DNA of 64,000 nt, from the sequence record PX880101.1, one strand, 5' to 3'. This stretch comes from a phage. Shown in pieces: positions 10,309 through 19,159 of the stretch. The position numbers and the translations under genes were made by a program. The stretch's first letter is position 1. Each line of letters begins with the position of its first letter. The notes under the pieces are model-generated. The model did not search any database. It was given only the letters and a program-made list of their open reading frames with translations, and had not been told where the DNA came from.

Positions 10309-10756
10309 TACTGTAGAGGGAGATCTAATCTCCCTTTTCAAGAAAGGGGCAGGACACATGATCCACGGTTGCAACTGCTTTCACACAATGGGTGCAGGCA
10401 TAGCGAAAGATATTGCCCGTGAGTTCCCTCAAGCATTGGCAGCAGACAAAGAGACTGCTTATGGTAATCTAGACAAGCTGGGTATGTTTTCTTGTTGGGA
10501 GCATTTTGCCAAGAACAAGGTTGTATATGGAATCAACCTATATACTCAGTTCTACCCAGGACCTAATGCTGAATACTTCTCAATCATGAAAGGCTTTGAG
10601 CGAGTCAACGAGGTATTCAAAGGTATGTCATTACCGTTCTACATTCCTAAAATCGGATGCGGTATTGGTGGTCTAAAGTGGGAACACGTGGAAGACGTCA
10701 TTAATCTTGCCACCACCGACATCGATGTGATCGTGGTGGAGTACAAAAAGTGTTGA
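10298..10756 (+). CDS. Macro-domain protein (ADP-ribose binding / hydrolase fold)
   Basis: VEGDLISLFKKGAGHMIHGCNCFHTMGAGIAKDI and IPKIGCGIGGLKWEHV match the macro-domain NAAN and G-rich loop pattern; GTG start assumed (GAGGAG upstream). Confidence 0.65.
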   Translation: MIIDTVEGDLISLFKKGAGHMIHGCNCFHTMGAGIAKDIAREFPQALAADKETAYGNLDKLGMFSCWEHFAKNKVVYGINLYTQFYPGPNAEYFSIMKGFERVNEVFKGMSLPFYIPKIGCGIGGLKWEHVEDVINLATTDIDVIVVEYKKC

Positions 10757-10781
10757 CGACCATCTTCTGAGGTGATATAGT
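10753..10781 (+). promoter_or_regulatory. sigma70-like promoter TTGACG-N17-TATAGT
   Basis: Hexamers read directly. Confidence 0.5.
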
Positions 10782-10810
10782 TTCCACAACAACTAAGAGA
10801 GGAGAGCACT

Positions 10811-10981
10811 GTGGAGACTAAAATCTTAATTCTTGCTGTGGTAGATACAACCGAAGGAGCTATATTCGAATCTGCAGGAGGGTATTTCTACCTACCATAC
10901 GGAAAAAGAACTTCCGAGCCAAGTAAAGATTCAATCCTCAAAGTGTTCCCGTGTGCTTTCTGGCTGGAGATTTTGGTATAA
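10811..10981 (+). CDS. hypothetical small protein (GTG start)
   Basis: GTG after AGAGGAGAG; 56 codons; not in the supplied ORF track. Confidence 0.3.
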   Translation: METKILILAVVDTTEGAIFESAGGYFYLPYGKRTSEPSKDSILKVFPCAFWLEILV

Positions 10982-11007
10982 GATTGCAGAGGATTTTGGA
11001 GAGAATT

Positions 11008-11202
11008 ATGAGAAACAAGAAAGAGCTTTACTCTGGCGAGTGGATTAACGATCAACAGATCGGAGAGGTAACCTGCTTCCGATGTTTTACCAGGTACAAT
11101 ATTAAAACTGCACCAAAAAGTGTTCCAAAGACTGACGGTTATTACATAAAAGAACCTCATTGCCCAAAATGTAAATGCCGATTGTACTGGAGCAATCTGT
11201 AA
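11008..11202 (+). CDS. hypothetical small zinc-ribbon protein
   Basis: CFRCF...CPKCKC cysteine pairs; internal ATG chosen over the listed 10951 start. Confidence 0.4.
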   Translation: MRNKKELYSGEWINDQQIGEVTCFRCFTRYNIKTAPKSVPKTDGYYIKEPHCPKCKCRLYWSNL

Positions 11203-11206
11203 GAGG

Positions 11207-11234
11207 TTGACATCTGAAAACTGCAGTGTATAAT
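11207..11234 (+). promoter_or_regulatory. sigma70-like promoter TTGACA-N16-TATAAT
   Basis: Consensus hexamers upstream of the 11266 gene. Confidence 0.55.
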
Positions 11235-11265
11235 ATACGCATAAACTAACAGAGAGTGATGTATT

Positions 11266-11457
11266 ATGGTAATTTTTAACCGGGATGGTATCATAGTTAG
11301 ACAGCACCCGTTCCTTGAATACTATCAAATTGAGCAATGGTGCTACGGGGATTGCAGTCACTCCTATGGGCAAAGTTGGGGATATCGCACAGTTTTTGAA
11401 TCAACAGACCTTGACAAAGTAAGACAGAAAGTTTTAGAACTTATTAACAACAAGTGA
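11266..11457 (+). CDS. hypothetical protein
   Basis: ORF downstream of the promoter. Confidence 0.5.
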   Translation: MVIFNRDGIIVRQHPFLEYYQIEQWCYGDCSHSYGQSWGYRTVFESTDLDKVRQKVLELINNK

Positions 11458-11466
11458 GTATGATAT

Positions 11467-11799
11467 ATGGTAACATTAGAAAGACGTAAAGCTATCGCCG
11501 CCACACTGGCAGACATCTTTTGGGATTGCAACTTAAAAGATACCAGAAATTGTGGCGCATCTGTAGATGTATTATTCCCACGGCCCACCATTGTTGCAAT
11601 GGGAAACCTGTTAAACGTAGTGTACGGAGCATGGGACAAAGAAGGTGGATTCTATATCTGGCAACCTGACTACAGAGCCTGGAAAGAGGTAAGGGGTGCG
11701 GTTGACTTTGGGCCTGCAAGTGCTAAGATGGATGGCTGGGAAATTTATGTTGGAAACGACATGAAGCTGAAAGGCGAGATTGTTTACTGGTTACCTTAA
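11467..11799 (+). CDS. hypothetical protein
   Basis: ORF in co-oriented array. Confidence 0.5.
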   Translation: MVTLERRKAIAATLADIFWDCNLKDTRNCGASVDVLFPRPTIVAMGNLLNVVYGAWDKEGGFYIWQPDYRAWKEVRGAVDFGPASAKMDGWEIYVGNDMKLKGEIVYWLP

Positions 11800-11819
11800 G
11801 AAAGTGCAGGAGATAAAGT

Positions 11820-12065
11820 ATGAACAAAGGGTGGACATTTGTAGACGGAGTTAAAAACATGCCTCTAGGAAAGTATATCGTAGCCATGGCTGATGAGGAT
11901 GGCAATGTAGATTTCGGAGCTTGCGAGGTTGTTCTTGCAGGATCTGGTAACTATGTGAGTAAAACCGGGATAATTAACGGTCAGTTCTACTTTGATCACA
12001 ACCCTGTTGTAGCGTATATGGCTATGCCAGAGTTCAAGTTCCCAAAGGAGGGTGCAGATGTTTAA
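11820..12065 (+). CDS. hypothetical protein
   Basis: AGGAGA SD. Confidence 0.5.
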   Translation: MNKGWTFVDGVKNMPLGKYIVAMADEDGNVDFGACEVVLAGSGNYVSKTGIINGQFYFDHNPVVAYMAMPEFKFPKEGADV

Positions 12066-12255
12066 GCTTAAATCTGCATGGAACATCGCTGTGGGGGACG
12101 AGATCCGTATCCCAGGTGGAAAGACCATTATGAAGATATCTCGTATTGAGTACGAAGGTGACCGTGTATTCCACATCTTCGCAGAAGATGGTCGAGAAAT
12201 TTATATACAGGCAGGTTCTCACATTTATATCCGTAAGAAAGGGGACGACAAATGA
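12058..12255 (+). CDS. hypothetical protein
   Basis: ATG after AAGGAGGG. Confidence 0.5.
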   Translation: MFKLKSAWNIAVGDEIRIPGGKTIMKISRIEYEGDRVFHIFAEDGREIYIQAGSHIYIRKKGDDK

Positions 12256-12581
12256 CAGAGATCATCATTTCAACTGCAGGGTATGTGTTCCTGACAATCA
12301 TTGCACTGACTATTTTGGTGACAGTGTATGGGTTTGTTATCCTTCCTATCCTTGAGACATTTAGTTTGTGTCGGTGTTGGAGAAAAGCTTACGGTCCACA
12401 ACCATGGAAGGACTGGCCCCACCTGGTGCGCTTAGCGTTCTCTTATGCTTACGATCACTCCAGTAGTGCATGCATAACCGGATACCACGCCCACAACTGG
12501 AGCTGGGAAGGATTGAGGAAATGGAATGTTACAAAGACCATACCTCTACGCATGTACAAACCTAAAAACAAAGACAGCTGA
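12252..12581 (+). CDS. hypothetical membrane protein
   Basis: Hydrophobic N-terminal segment; ATGA coupling. Confidence 0.5.
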   Translation: MTEIIISTAGYVFLTIIALTILVTVYGFVILPILETFSLCRCWRKAYGPQPWKDWPHLVRLAFSYAYDHSSSACITGYHAHNWSWEGLRKWNVTKTIPLRMYKPKNKDS

Positions 12582-13598
12582 TACTTGAAAATTCCTGGCA
12601 TATCAAGTGTAAGGGGGATTTCTAAAATGGATTTCCTCCTTTTGATATTTCACCGGGCTGGATATTTTAAAATTCTTAGAAAATCAGAAAATGGATCGAA
12701 AACTAAAATGGATTTTTCAGAGTAGGCGCGACAAGCTGAATAACTCATCCTATCGTTTGCACCATATTCCAGGCCACCATTATAGATTTCCCACACATGC
12801 TAACCTCCCTCTACTAGAACTTCCTCCACTTGCCCTTAACCTTCTATGGTAACAATCTAACCACTATCTTGAAGTTGCGGTGCAGCTTTCCAAGTACTCG
12901 ATCTACTTTTCATTTCATGGCTTGGATTTTCTGAAAATTTTTCTCGATAAATTTCTCAGTACTCGATCTGTTTTTCGTTTTCTGAATCGGATTTTCTGGA
13001 AATCGTTCCGGATCTCGACCTGAAATTTTTGGGGACGAAATCGATTTTTCGTTTTCAGAAATGGATTTTTAAAATTTCTATATGGGAATATTTTATGGGA
13101 TACTGTTTTATAGGAAATTGTTACGGAGGGTAATTAGCATGCTAATTAAATTTATTAAATGCGAGGAGTTCTCATTTAGAATTTTGAATGATAATCATTC
13201 TCGTTTGCAGAATAACGGGCAGGCCCGGTGATTGTCTCCCGGCCCCTGTTGCCCCGGCTTGTTATTATAGTATCACACAGGACAAAGAAAGCAAGGATTT
13301 TTTGCATAAATTTTTAAATGATAATGATAACCGTTCTCATTTTATGCAGCGCCCATCCCCGGTGGTTGTCTCCCCCGTCACCGGTGCCTGCCGTCCTTTC
13401 GATAGGTATATTTTGCCACCTGGCGGGGCCGCTGTCAACACTTTTCAAAAAAAAATTTCTAACCTGATGCGCTGACCGCTGCAACCTGGCGGGGCCAGCC
13501 TGGCAGGGCCTAACTGACCAGGTAGGAGATAATGAAGGCTTGCAAACCTGGTGGGCCTATGCTATAGGATAGGTAACAATTGAAGAGGAGGTACAAAA
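12582..13598. repeat. Repeat-rich non-coding spacer (AAATGGATTT-type motifs, about 45-bp degenerate direct repeats, two about 60-bp tandem units)
   Basis: No convincing ORF; direct repeats read at 12620-12720, 12895-13075, 13185-13250 and 13313-13375. Confidence 0.55.
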
Positions 13599-13775
13599 AT
13601 GGAAGGTAATATGATCCCCCTGGAAAATGTAGCTATTAATGACACTGAGGCTATCGCCCTGGTTGAAAAGGCTATGGCGGGAGCGTTGGAACATAAAGAA
13701 GAGTACGAAAAAATGATGGTTAACCTGGCAGGGGCGGCGGCTGGAGAATTCTACCCAAAAAATAATTTTAACTAA
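13599..13775 (+). CDS. hypothetical protein (58 aa)
   Basis: ATG after GAAGAGGAGGT; not in the supplied ORF track. Confidence 0.4.
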   Translation: MEGNMIPLENVAINDTEAIALVEKAMAGALEHKEEYEKMMVNLAGAAAGEFYPKNNFN

Positions 13776-13778
13776 TGG

Positions 13779-13807
13779 TTGACAGCTCGGACAGTTCTTG
13801 TTATTCT
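13779..13807 (+). promoter_or_regulatory. sigma70-like promoter TTGACA-N17-TATTCT
   Basis: Hexamers read directly. Confidence 0.45.
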
Positions 13808-13860
13808 TATCCTCGCAAGGTGAACAACACCACACCAATTAACAGAGAGGATAAAAAATC

Positions 13861-14058
13861 ATGAACGCCTACGGAATTAAAGTACGTCGCAACACTCGCC
13901 AGGTGGTCACCAATCAAGTGATTTGCCGGGTGGATGTAACCATCAACAACGGGCAAGGCCTTTATAAATTTCGTCGCGGTCATAGCTATACCCTGCAGCA
14001 GCTTAACCGTTGCGCCCTGACAAAAGGTCAGATCAACCACTGGTTTAATAAAAAATAA
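13861..14058 (+). CDS. hypothetical protein
   Basis: AGAGGATAAAAAATC-ATG leader. Confidence 0.5.
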   Translation: MNAYGIKVRRNTRQVVTNQVICRVDVTINNGQGLYKFRRGHSYTLQQLNRCALTKGQINHWFNKK

Positions 14059-14061
14059 ATA

Positions 14062-14090
14062 TTGACACGTAGTCTGACACAAAATATACT
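14062..14090 (+). promoter_or_regulatory. sigma70-like promoter TTGACA-N17-TATACT
   Basis: Consensus hexamers. Confidence 0.55.
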
Positions 14091-14122
14091 TAAATCACAA
14101 AAGACACTAAGAGGATAAAATC

Positions 14123-14521
14123 ATGAAAACTACAACCTTTAATTTTGACAATGCCGACTTCTCTTTTTCTGATGTTAAGAATTGCCGCCGTGATCGTGGA
14201 TTTTACAAGGCTTATAATCTGGTTGGCCTAGACGATGATAATAATTTGCACGAAGTAGCGGAGATCCGGTACTATGCCGCCGCCAGCGGTAACACTAACT
14301 ACTGCGTTTTTTGGATACACGACAACAAGAATAATAAGTACGGTTATACTGGTGGCAAGGCGAGCGGTCACGGTTATGATAAGGCCAATGCAGCACTTGA
14401 GAGCGCGTTAAATGCTATGGGGATCACTGCCAACGGCTGGATCTATGAAGATGAGTTTTTGTCAGCACTTGCTGCCCACCTGGGGTATAAAAAGCACATT
14501 GTGACATGCGCCCACGAATAA
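14123..14521 (+). CDS. hypothetical protein
   Basis: AAGAGGATAAAATC-ATG leader. Confidence 0.55.
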   Translation: MKTTTFNFDNADFSFSDVKNCRRDRGFYKAYNLVGLDDDNNLHEVAEIRYYAAASGNTNYCVFWIHDNKNNKYGYTGGKASGHGYDKANAALESALNAMGITANGWIYEDEFLSALAAHLGYKKHIVTCAHE

Positions 14522-14531
14522 AAAAAAATTA

Positions 14532-14559
14532 TTGACACGCTGCAAAATTAAAGTAAACT
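14532..14559 (+). promoter_or_regulatory. sigma70-like promoter TTGACA-N16-TAAACT
   Basis: Hexamers read directly; followed by leader hairpin GGCGGGAA-TGT-TTCCCGCC. Confidence 0.5.
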
Positions 14560-14608
14560 AGACACAAAAGGCGGGAATGTTTCCCGCCAACACAAAGGAA
14601 AAAAGATC

Positions 14609-15004
14609 ATGAATAAGAACGTACGCCGCATCATGAACGAACTGGCAAACGATGAAAAAATTATTGATATGCATTTGGTAAACATTTGCCGCCGTTGTGT
14701 AACATATAACAACCGCGCCGCAAAAGCGCGTGAGATGAACGCAAAAGGCACCTTAAAGCCCTTTCAGGTGGTTGTAAAATCTATAACCAGTGCAGCAGAC
14801 CAGGCGCATGACCACAACAACGGGAGCACTAATATTGATCCGTCTTACGTAATGAAACGGATCCGGACTTGCAAGAATAAAGAGCAGGTGTATAACGTCA
14901 TAGATTGGTTGGACTCCCTGGGCGATGTGGTTTATAATAGGTTTTCTGCAGCTATCGAGATCCAGCTTGACAGACTGGACGGGAAAGTACTGAAAACTTA
15001 CTAA
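14609..15004 (+). CDS. hypothetical protein
   Basis: ORF after promoter and leader hairpin. Confidence 0.55.
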   Translation: MNKNVRRIMNELANDEKIIDMHLVNICRRCVTYNNRAAKAREMNAKGTLKPFQVVVKSITSAADQAHDHNNGSTNIDPSYVMKRIRTCKNKEQVYNVIDWLDSLGDVVYNRFSAAIEIQLDRLDGKVLKTY

Positions 15005-15051
15005 GTTTATTTTTAGATGGCCTTGACGCCAGGGCCATCAATAAAGTAAAC
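15005..15051 (+). promoter_or_regulatory. Conserved 45-bp intergenic cassette, copy 1 (T-tract, inverted repeat GATGGCC-N10-GGCCATC, embedded TTGAC and TAAAGT/TAAACT)
   Basis: Near-identical copies at 15626-15670 and 19364-19408; each follows a stop codon and precedes an SD. Confidence 0.5.
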
Positions 15052-15083
15052 TAATCCCAGTTAAGCTAAAAGGAGGCTTGAAG

Positions 15084-15203
15084 ATGAGCACTACACGCCA
15101 GCACACAAAGGTAACTATTATCGTTTGCATCATTGGTTATATCCTGGCGCAAATGTTGATGGGTAGCGCCAACGGTGTCGCAAAATTTTTCTTAAACTTT
15201 TAA
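15084..15203 (+). CDS. hypothetical small membrane peptide (39 aa)
   Basis: AAAAGGAGG SD; hydrophobic core. Confidence 0.35.
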   Translation: MSTTRQHTKVTIIVCIIGYILAQMLMGSANGVAKFFLNF

Positions 15204-15231
15204 TTGACAAGCTAACTTAGATCGGTATACT
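15204..15231 (+). promoter_or_regulatory. sigma70-like promoter TTGACA-N16-TATACT
   Basis: Consensus hexamers. Confidence 0.55.
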
Positions 15232-15281
15232 AAACACATCAACGGGAAAACTTCCCAGAACACACAAAAGGAGAAAACACC

Positions 15282-15623
15282 ATGACCACTATGACCGCCG
15301 CAGAAAAAGCTATTCAGATCGCTGCCCTGAAAAAACAGATCGCAGACCTTGAGAATAAGATCGATAACTTTGAAATCGACGAGGACAAGTACGACGAAAA
15401 CTATGATGAATGGTTAGACGAGATCTACGGCGAAATTATGATCGGAAACATTTCTTTTCTTCCGTCGCGTATCCTCAAGGAGCTAGATCCTATCGCTTAC
15501 CGCTGCGGATTTAGCGACTACATCGACAGCCTGGATATTGAGGACGATGAAGAATACCAGGAATTACAGACAGAGTTGGAAGAAGCAAAAGAAGAGCTTG
15601 CGGAGCTGGAAGAAAACGAGTAA
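15282..15623 (+). CDS. hypothetical acidic coiled-coil protein
   Basis: AAAAGGAGA SD; D/E-rich heptad-like sequence. Confidence 0.55.
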   Translation: MTTMTAAEKAIQIAALKKQIADLENKIDNFEIDEDKYDENYDEWLDEIYGEIMIGNISFLPSRILKELDPIAYRCGFSDYIDSLDIEDDEEYQELQTELEEAKEELAELEENE

Positions 15624-15625
15624 GA

Positions 15626-15670
15626 TTATTTTTAGATGGCCTTGACTCCAGGGCCATCAATAAAGTAAAC
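15626..15670 (+). promoter_or_regulatory. Conserved 45-bp intergenic cassette, copy 2
   Basis: ATTATTTTTAGATGGCCTTGACTCCAGGGCCATCAATAAAGTAAAC. Confidence 0.5.
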
Positions 15671-15712
15671 TTTATACTGTTAACACTGAACTAATGCATA
15701 GGAGTTAAAACC

Positions 15713-15958
15713 ATGGCAGCACTAATCACTAAATATTACGCCCCTACCAACACCAAAAGCGCCCGTATCATGGTAAAAGGCTTCGGACGTAAAAAGGTTT
15801 ACACCTGGGATTATGCCTTAGACACGGAAGACAACTACACCAACGCGATGACAGATTTTATTAATGAGCTGAACACGCGGATCTTGACAAATTATAAAAT
15901 TACCGATATTGCCTATATAGGGGAAGGCGGGATCTGTTTTGTCGGTATCGTCAAATAA
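15713..15958 (+). CDS. hypothetical protein
   Basis: TAGGAGTTAAAACC-ATG. Confidence 0.5.
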   Translation: MAALITKYYAPTNTKSARIMVKGFGRKKVYTWDYALDTEDNYTNAMTDFINELNTRILTNYKITDIAYIGEGGICFVGIVK

Positions 15959-16034
15959 ACTGTTTTTTCGGTGGTCCTGGTAGCAGGGCCATCTATAAAG
16001 ATAGTTTATCAATACAATGAAAGGAGAAAGTAAC

Positions 16035-16388
16035 ATGATCAGTGGGGCAAGTTTTATTATTGGCGCTATTGCTACGGCTTTAATTGTAAACAAGATCCAA
16101 TCTAAAAACGAAAAAGAGAGCAACGCGCTCACAGAATACCCATTTTGGATATTCAACGACAATGAAGACTACATTATCAAGTACAAGAATGAGAAGGGCG
16201 ACCAGGTAACACCGCGACCGATCCCGGCCTACAAGATGCAAGAAACACTATACCGCCTAAAGGCTGGAGGCGCAAAAATCGTAGACTTTTGGGGATATGA
16301 TTGCAAGGATCAGGAGGTTATAAAACGGCGTATCCGGGCTATTCAGGCCAATATTGAAGTTAGCAAGGGGGGAATATATGAAGATTAA
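16035..16388 (+). CDS. hypothetical membrane protein
   Basis: ATG after GAAAGGAGA; hydrophobic N-terminus. Confidence 0.5.
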   Translation: MISGASFIIGAIATALIVNKIQSKNEKESNALTEYPFWIFNDNEDYIIKYKNEKGDQVTPRPIPAYKMQETLYRLKAGGAKIVDFWGYDCKDQEVIKRRIRAIQANIEVSKGGIYED

Positions 16389-16575
16389 TTTTGAGAAGAT
16401 TGTAAAGCGATCTCATGATTCCGAAGAGCTGCCGGAACGCCGCCAGCGTAACAATAAACTGAATAAGCCAAAAAGATTTGGGAAGATCTGGCGGAATCAT
16501 TATGATCGTAAATTGCCGGGCCTCCTTTTGGAACGTGAACGGCAGGCGGAACGATACCGCCACAAAGGCAACTAA
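16378..16575 (+). CDS. hypothetical basic protein
   Basis: ATG after AAGGGGGG; R/K-rich. Confidence 0.4.
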   Translation: MKINFEKIVKRSHDSEELPERRQRNNKLNKPKRFGKIWRNHYDRKLPGLLLERERQAERYRHKGN

Positions 16576-16583
16576 CAACCAAC

Positions 16584-16611
16584 GCCCCGCCATCGTGCGG
16601 GGCTTTTTATT
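16584..16611 (+). terminator. Rho-independent terminator
   Basis: GCCCCGC-CATCGT-GCGGGGC followed by TTTTTATTT. Confidence 0.6.
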
Positions 16612-16755
16612 TCTACCCTACGAATAGCGCCCCTGGTTGGCCCTGTAAGCGCCAAAAAGGCCCCACCTATGCAATCGCCCCCTTTAACCTGAAAACATCG
16701 CTTAGGGCCGTTTTATGGCGTTAAAAATATCATTGACAGTGATTTTATTTAAAGC

Positions 16756-16783
16756 TTGACATCTTAAACAGGTTAGCTATACT
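16756..16783 (+). promoter_or_regulatory. sigma70-like promoter TTGACA-N16-TATACT
   Basis: Consensus hexamers. Confidence 0.55.
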
Positions 16784-16815
16784 AACCACATCAAAGAGAG
16801 AAAGGAGTAAACGCC

Positions 16816-17076
16816 ATGCGTAAATTAAAAAATTTTGATAAAGTTGATGTTGTCCTGAATAATTTTTACTACTGCAACAACAAGGCCATTTGGTGGCGTG
16901 ATAGTTCCACCGATAAAGTCAAGGCGCGCTTTCTCCAGGGGCACTGGCAAGGCCGCCCAGTGATTAAAATCATGGGGCAATTGGTAGCGTTTAAAAATTG
17001 CCGCCGTGTTGATGACGTTGAGGAGATTTTAAACATTTTGCGCCACAATAATTTAAAAAATAGTGTTGACAAGTAA
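16816..17076 (+). CDS. hypothetical protein
   Basis: AAAGGAGTAAACGCC-ATG. Confidence 0.5.
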   Translation: MRKLKNFDKVDVVLNNFYYCNNKAIWWRDSSTDKVKARFLQGHWQGRPVIKIMGQLVAFKNCRRVDDVEEILNILRHNNLKNSVDK

Positions 17077-17093
17077 ATCTCAATAAGTATAAT
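17066..17093 (+). promoter_or_regulatory. sigma70-like promoter TTGACA-N16-TATAAT
   Basis: Consensus hexamers; followed by leader hairpin GGCGG...CCGCC. Confidence 0.55.
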
Positions 17094-17150
17094 TAAACAC
17101 ACAGGCGGGAAAACTTACCGCCACTAACAAAGAAAACAGGAGAAAATATC

Positions 17151-17774
17151 ATGACCACCGTTAACATTACCACAGGTTACAATTTATCTTTCGACGTGCT
17201 GACCGACGAACAAAAAGAAAAAGCCATTGAAATGGTACGCGAAAGAGAAGAACACAGCGGGGATGACTTTTTTGCAGAAAGTGTAATTGAACACTACAAA
17301 GAATATATCTTTCCAGAGTACGGCCTTGAAGATACCGAAGTACATTGGTCCGGCTTTTGGTGCCAGGGTGACGGCGCGTCAATCAGTGCTGAAAACGTGG
17401 ATTTAGAAAAATTTTTGCGTAAAGTAAAGGCCCTGACCAAGTTCCGATCAATTCGTCACTTGTTCGGCACAATGCACGATGGCGAGTTATCAGCCAGTGT
17501 TGAACGCGACAAGTACAGCCATTACAGCCATGAAAACACTGTAAGCGGATACATTGATACCACCTGGCTAGATCTGACCGCCAAACAAGAAAACAAAGTG
17601 GAAGACCTGGAAGAGCTGATCACCGAGACGGTACGGGAGCTATCCCGCAAGGTTTACGTAGACCTGGAGGAGGCCTATCTAGAACAGTTCACTACCGAAA
17701 ACCTGATCGGCCTTATTGAGGCCAATGATTGGCGGTTTGATGTGGATGAATATGGAGAGATGAGTTTTTCATAA
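17151..17774 (+). CDS. hypothetical protein (207 aa)
   Basis: ACAGGAGAAAATATC-ATG; no motif I can name. Confidence 0.55.
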   Translation: MTTVNITTGYNLSFDVLTDEQKEKAIEMVREREEHSGDDFFAESVIEHYKEYIFPEYGLEDTEVHWSGFWCQGDGASISAENVDLEKFLRKVKALTKFRSIRHLFGTMHDGELSASVERDKYSHYSHENTVSGYIDTTWLDLTAKQENKVEDLEELITETVRELSRKVYVDLEEAYLEQFTTENLIGLIEANDWRFDVDEYGEMSFS

Positions 17775-17865
17775 ATAAAGTGTTGCAATAATCTAAAAAC
17801 CTGCTATATTAAAACTCAAGGGGGGGCAAGACGTTTGCCCCACACAAAACAAAGAGGAAAACATT

Positions 17866-18246
17866 ATGAAAAACACTACTAAAGCTATTGACACCGTTAT
17901 GTTTAACCTGGTTACCTTTCGCGAGGATATGAAAGATCTTCCACGTGAAACAGTGTGCGATCACATTGAAAACTATCGCAAACTAATCAAAGAGTTGCCT
18001 TTAAAACGTGACCAGTATGCGGCTAACGCTATGCTCAACGCCATGATCAAAAAGATGATTCAGTGTGATTTAACCCTGGCCTATGATTATGCAGGTGGTC
18101 GTTTTGCAGTATACAATCAGCCCGTGCCTGGTATGAGCACCACCGAAGAATTGCACGCGTTAAATCTGAAACAAGATGTATGGGATAACATGCCCCGCGT
18201 GGTGGTGTGGGCAGAAAGCGGAAAGATTTACGGCGATAATTTTTAA
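17866..18246 (+). CDS. hypothetical protein
   Basis: AAGAGGAAAACATT-ATG after promoter TTGCAA-N16-TATATT and GC hairpin. Confidence 0.55.
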   Translation: MKNTTKAIDTVMFNLVTFREDMKDLPRETVCDHIENYRKLIKELPLKRDQYAANAMLNAMIKKMIQCDLTLAYDYAGGRFAVYNQPVPGMSTTEELHALNLKQDVWDNMPRVVVWAESGKIYGDNF

Positions 18247-18310
18247 TCAGGTAACAGGCGGCATATTTGCCGCCTTATTGTTAAACAGAACTGCAAAAGA
18301 GGTACATAGA

Positions 18311-18682
18311 ATGGAATTTATTATTTTGGCTGTAGTAGTTGCCTTGTTCAACGCCTGGATCGCTGGCAAGATAGGTAGATCCGCTTTTCTATGGTTTGTT
18401 ATATCTATTTTCCTGGGAGTGGTTGCAACTATTGTATTGGTTATCCTTGCAATTGTTGACAAGGGCGATAATAGAAAGGGTAAAGTGTTTTCCGACCTGT
18501 ATGACGCACAAACGTTTGTCAACGCCTATTATAGTGATCTTCCAGTCTCCCTACGCTGCAGCCTGGCACAACAGGTTTTTGATGAGGCTAAAACCAGAGA
18601 CCAAGCCCATGAGATATGTTTAACTGAAGCGGATCGCCTATTTGAGAGGAATAGAAAATATGTGGACCAGCCGTTTAAATAA
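18311..18682 (+). CDS. hypothetical membrane protein (two predicted TM helices)
   Basis: ATG after AAAGAGGTA; hydrophobic N-terminus. Confidence 0.5.
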   Translation: MEFIILAVVVALFNAWIAGKIGRSAFLWFVISIFLGVVATIVLVILAIVDKGDNRKGKVFSDLYDAQTFVNAYYSDLPVSLRCSLAQQVFDEAKTRDQAHEICLTEADRLFERNRKYVDQPFK

Positions 18683-18900
18683 CGCCACGTTAATTAATCC
18701 CTTTAGTGAAGATTTGAAGCCAGCCGCCTGGCGTGACGGATTCAATAACGAACGCTTTATTTTCAGGCCTGATCTTGAGGAATTTTATAACAATGGATCG
18801 AACAACAGCGGAGATAATTTTTCTTGTGGTGTGCGTGGTGATAGGACTCCTGGGGGCCATTGTAAACCACGTCACTACTAACAGGAGGGAAGGGGGAGAC

Positions 18901-19020
18901 GATGACAACCAAGGATAAGCCATGCGCTGATAAGGTGCGCCGTGTTATGGTATGGCTTGAGATTATCGCCCTTGAAATATTGTTAGGCGTAGGGATGTAC
19001 TTTATCGCTGTAAGTAACTA
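18901..19020 (+). CDS. hypothetical small membrane peptide
   Basis: ATG after GGGAAGGGGGAGA; the region 18640-18920 has overlapping alternative frames. Confidence 0.3.
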
Positions 19021-19025
19021 AGAGC

Positions 19026-19060
19026 GGCCCCCGATCATGGGGGCCTATCTTTTAAAAAAT
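19026..19060 (+). terminator. Rho-independent terminator
   Basis: GGCCCCC-GATCAT-GGGGGCC followed by a T-rich run. Confidence 0.55.
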
Positions 19061-19159
19061 TTTTCTTCCGGGGTGTTGCAATCCGGTCCGGAATGTGGAT
19101 AATAACAATCAACGGGGAGCTAATCCCCACCACCACAAAAACCAGAAAGGAGAAACAAA

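Noticed and set aside
10888-11373. 161-aa minus-strand ORF
   Set aside because: Spans two plus-strand promoters and genes; opposite to the orientation of the whole block
13188-13475. 95-aa plus-strand ORF in the repeat spacer
   Set aside because: Composed of tandem nucleotide repeats; no SD; Pro/Cys-rich translation
12582-13598. Possible tRNA gene cluster in the non-coding spacers
   Set aside because: No GTTCGAATC-type T-loop or TAGCTCAGT-type D-loop consensus seen here or in 24329-26805; unverified without a tRNA scanning tool
15005-15051. 45-bp cassette read as a Rho-independent terminator
   Set aside because: The T-tract lies upstream of the hairpin and the downstream sequence is not U-rich on either strand
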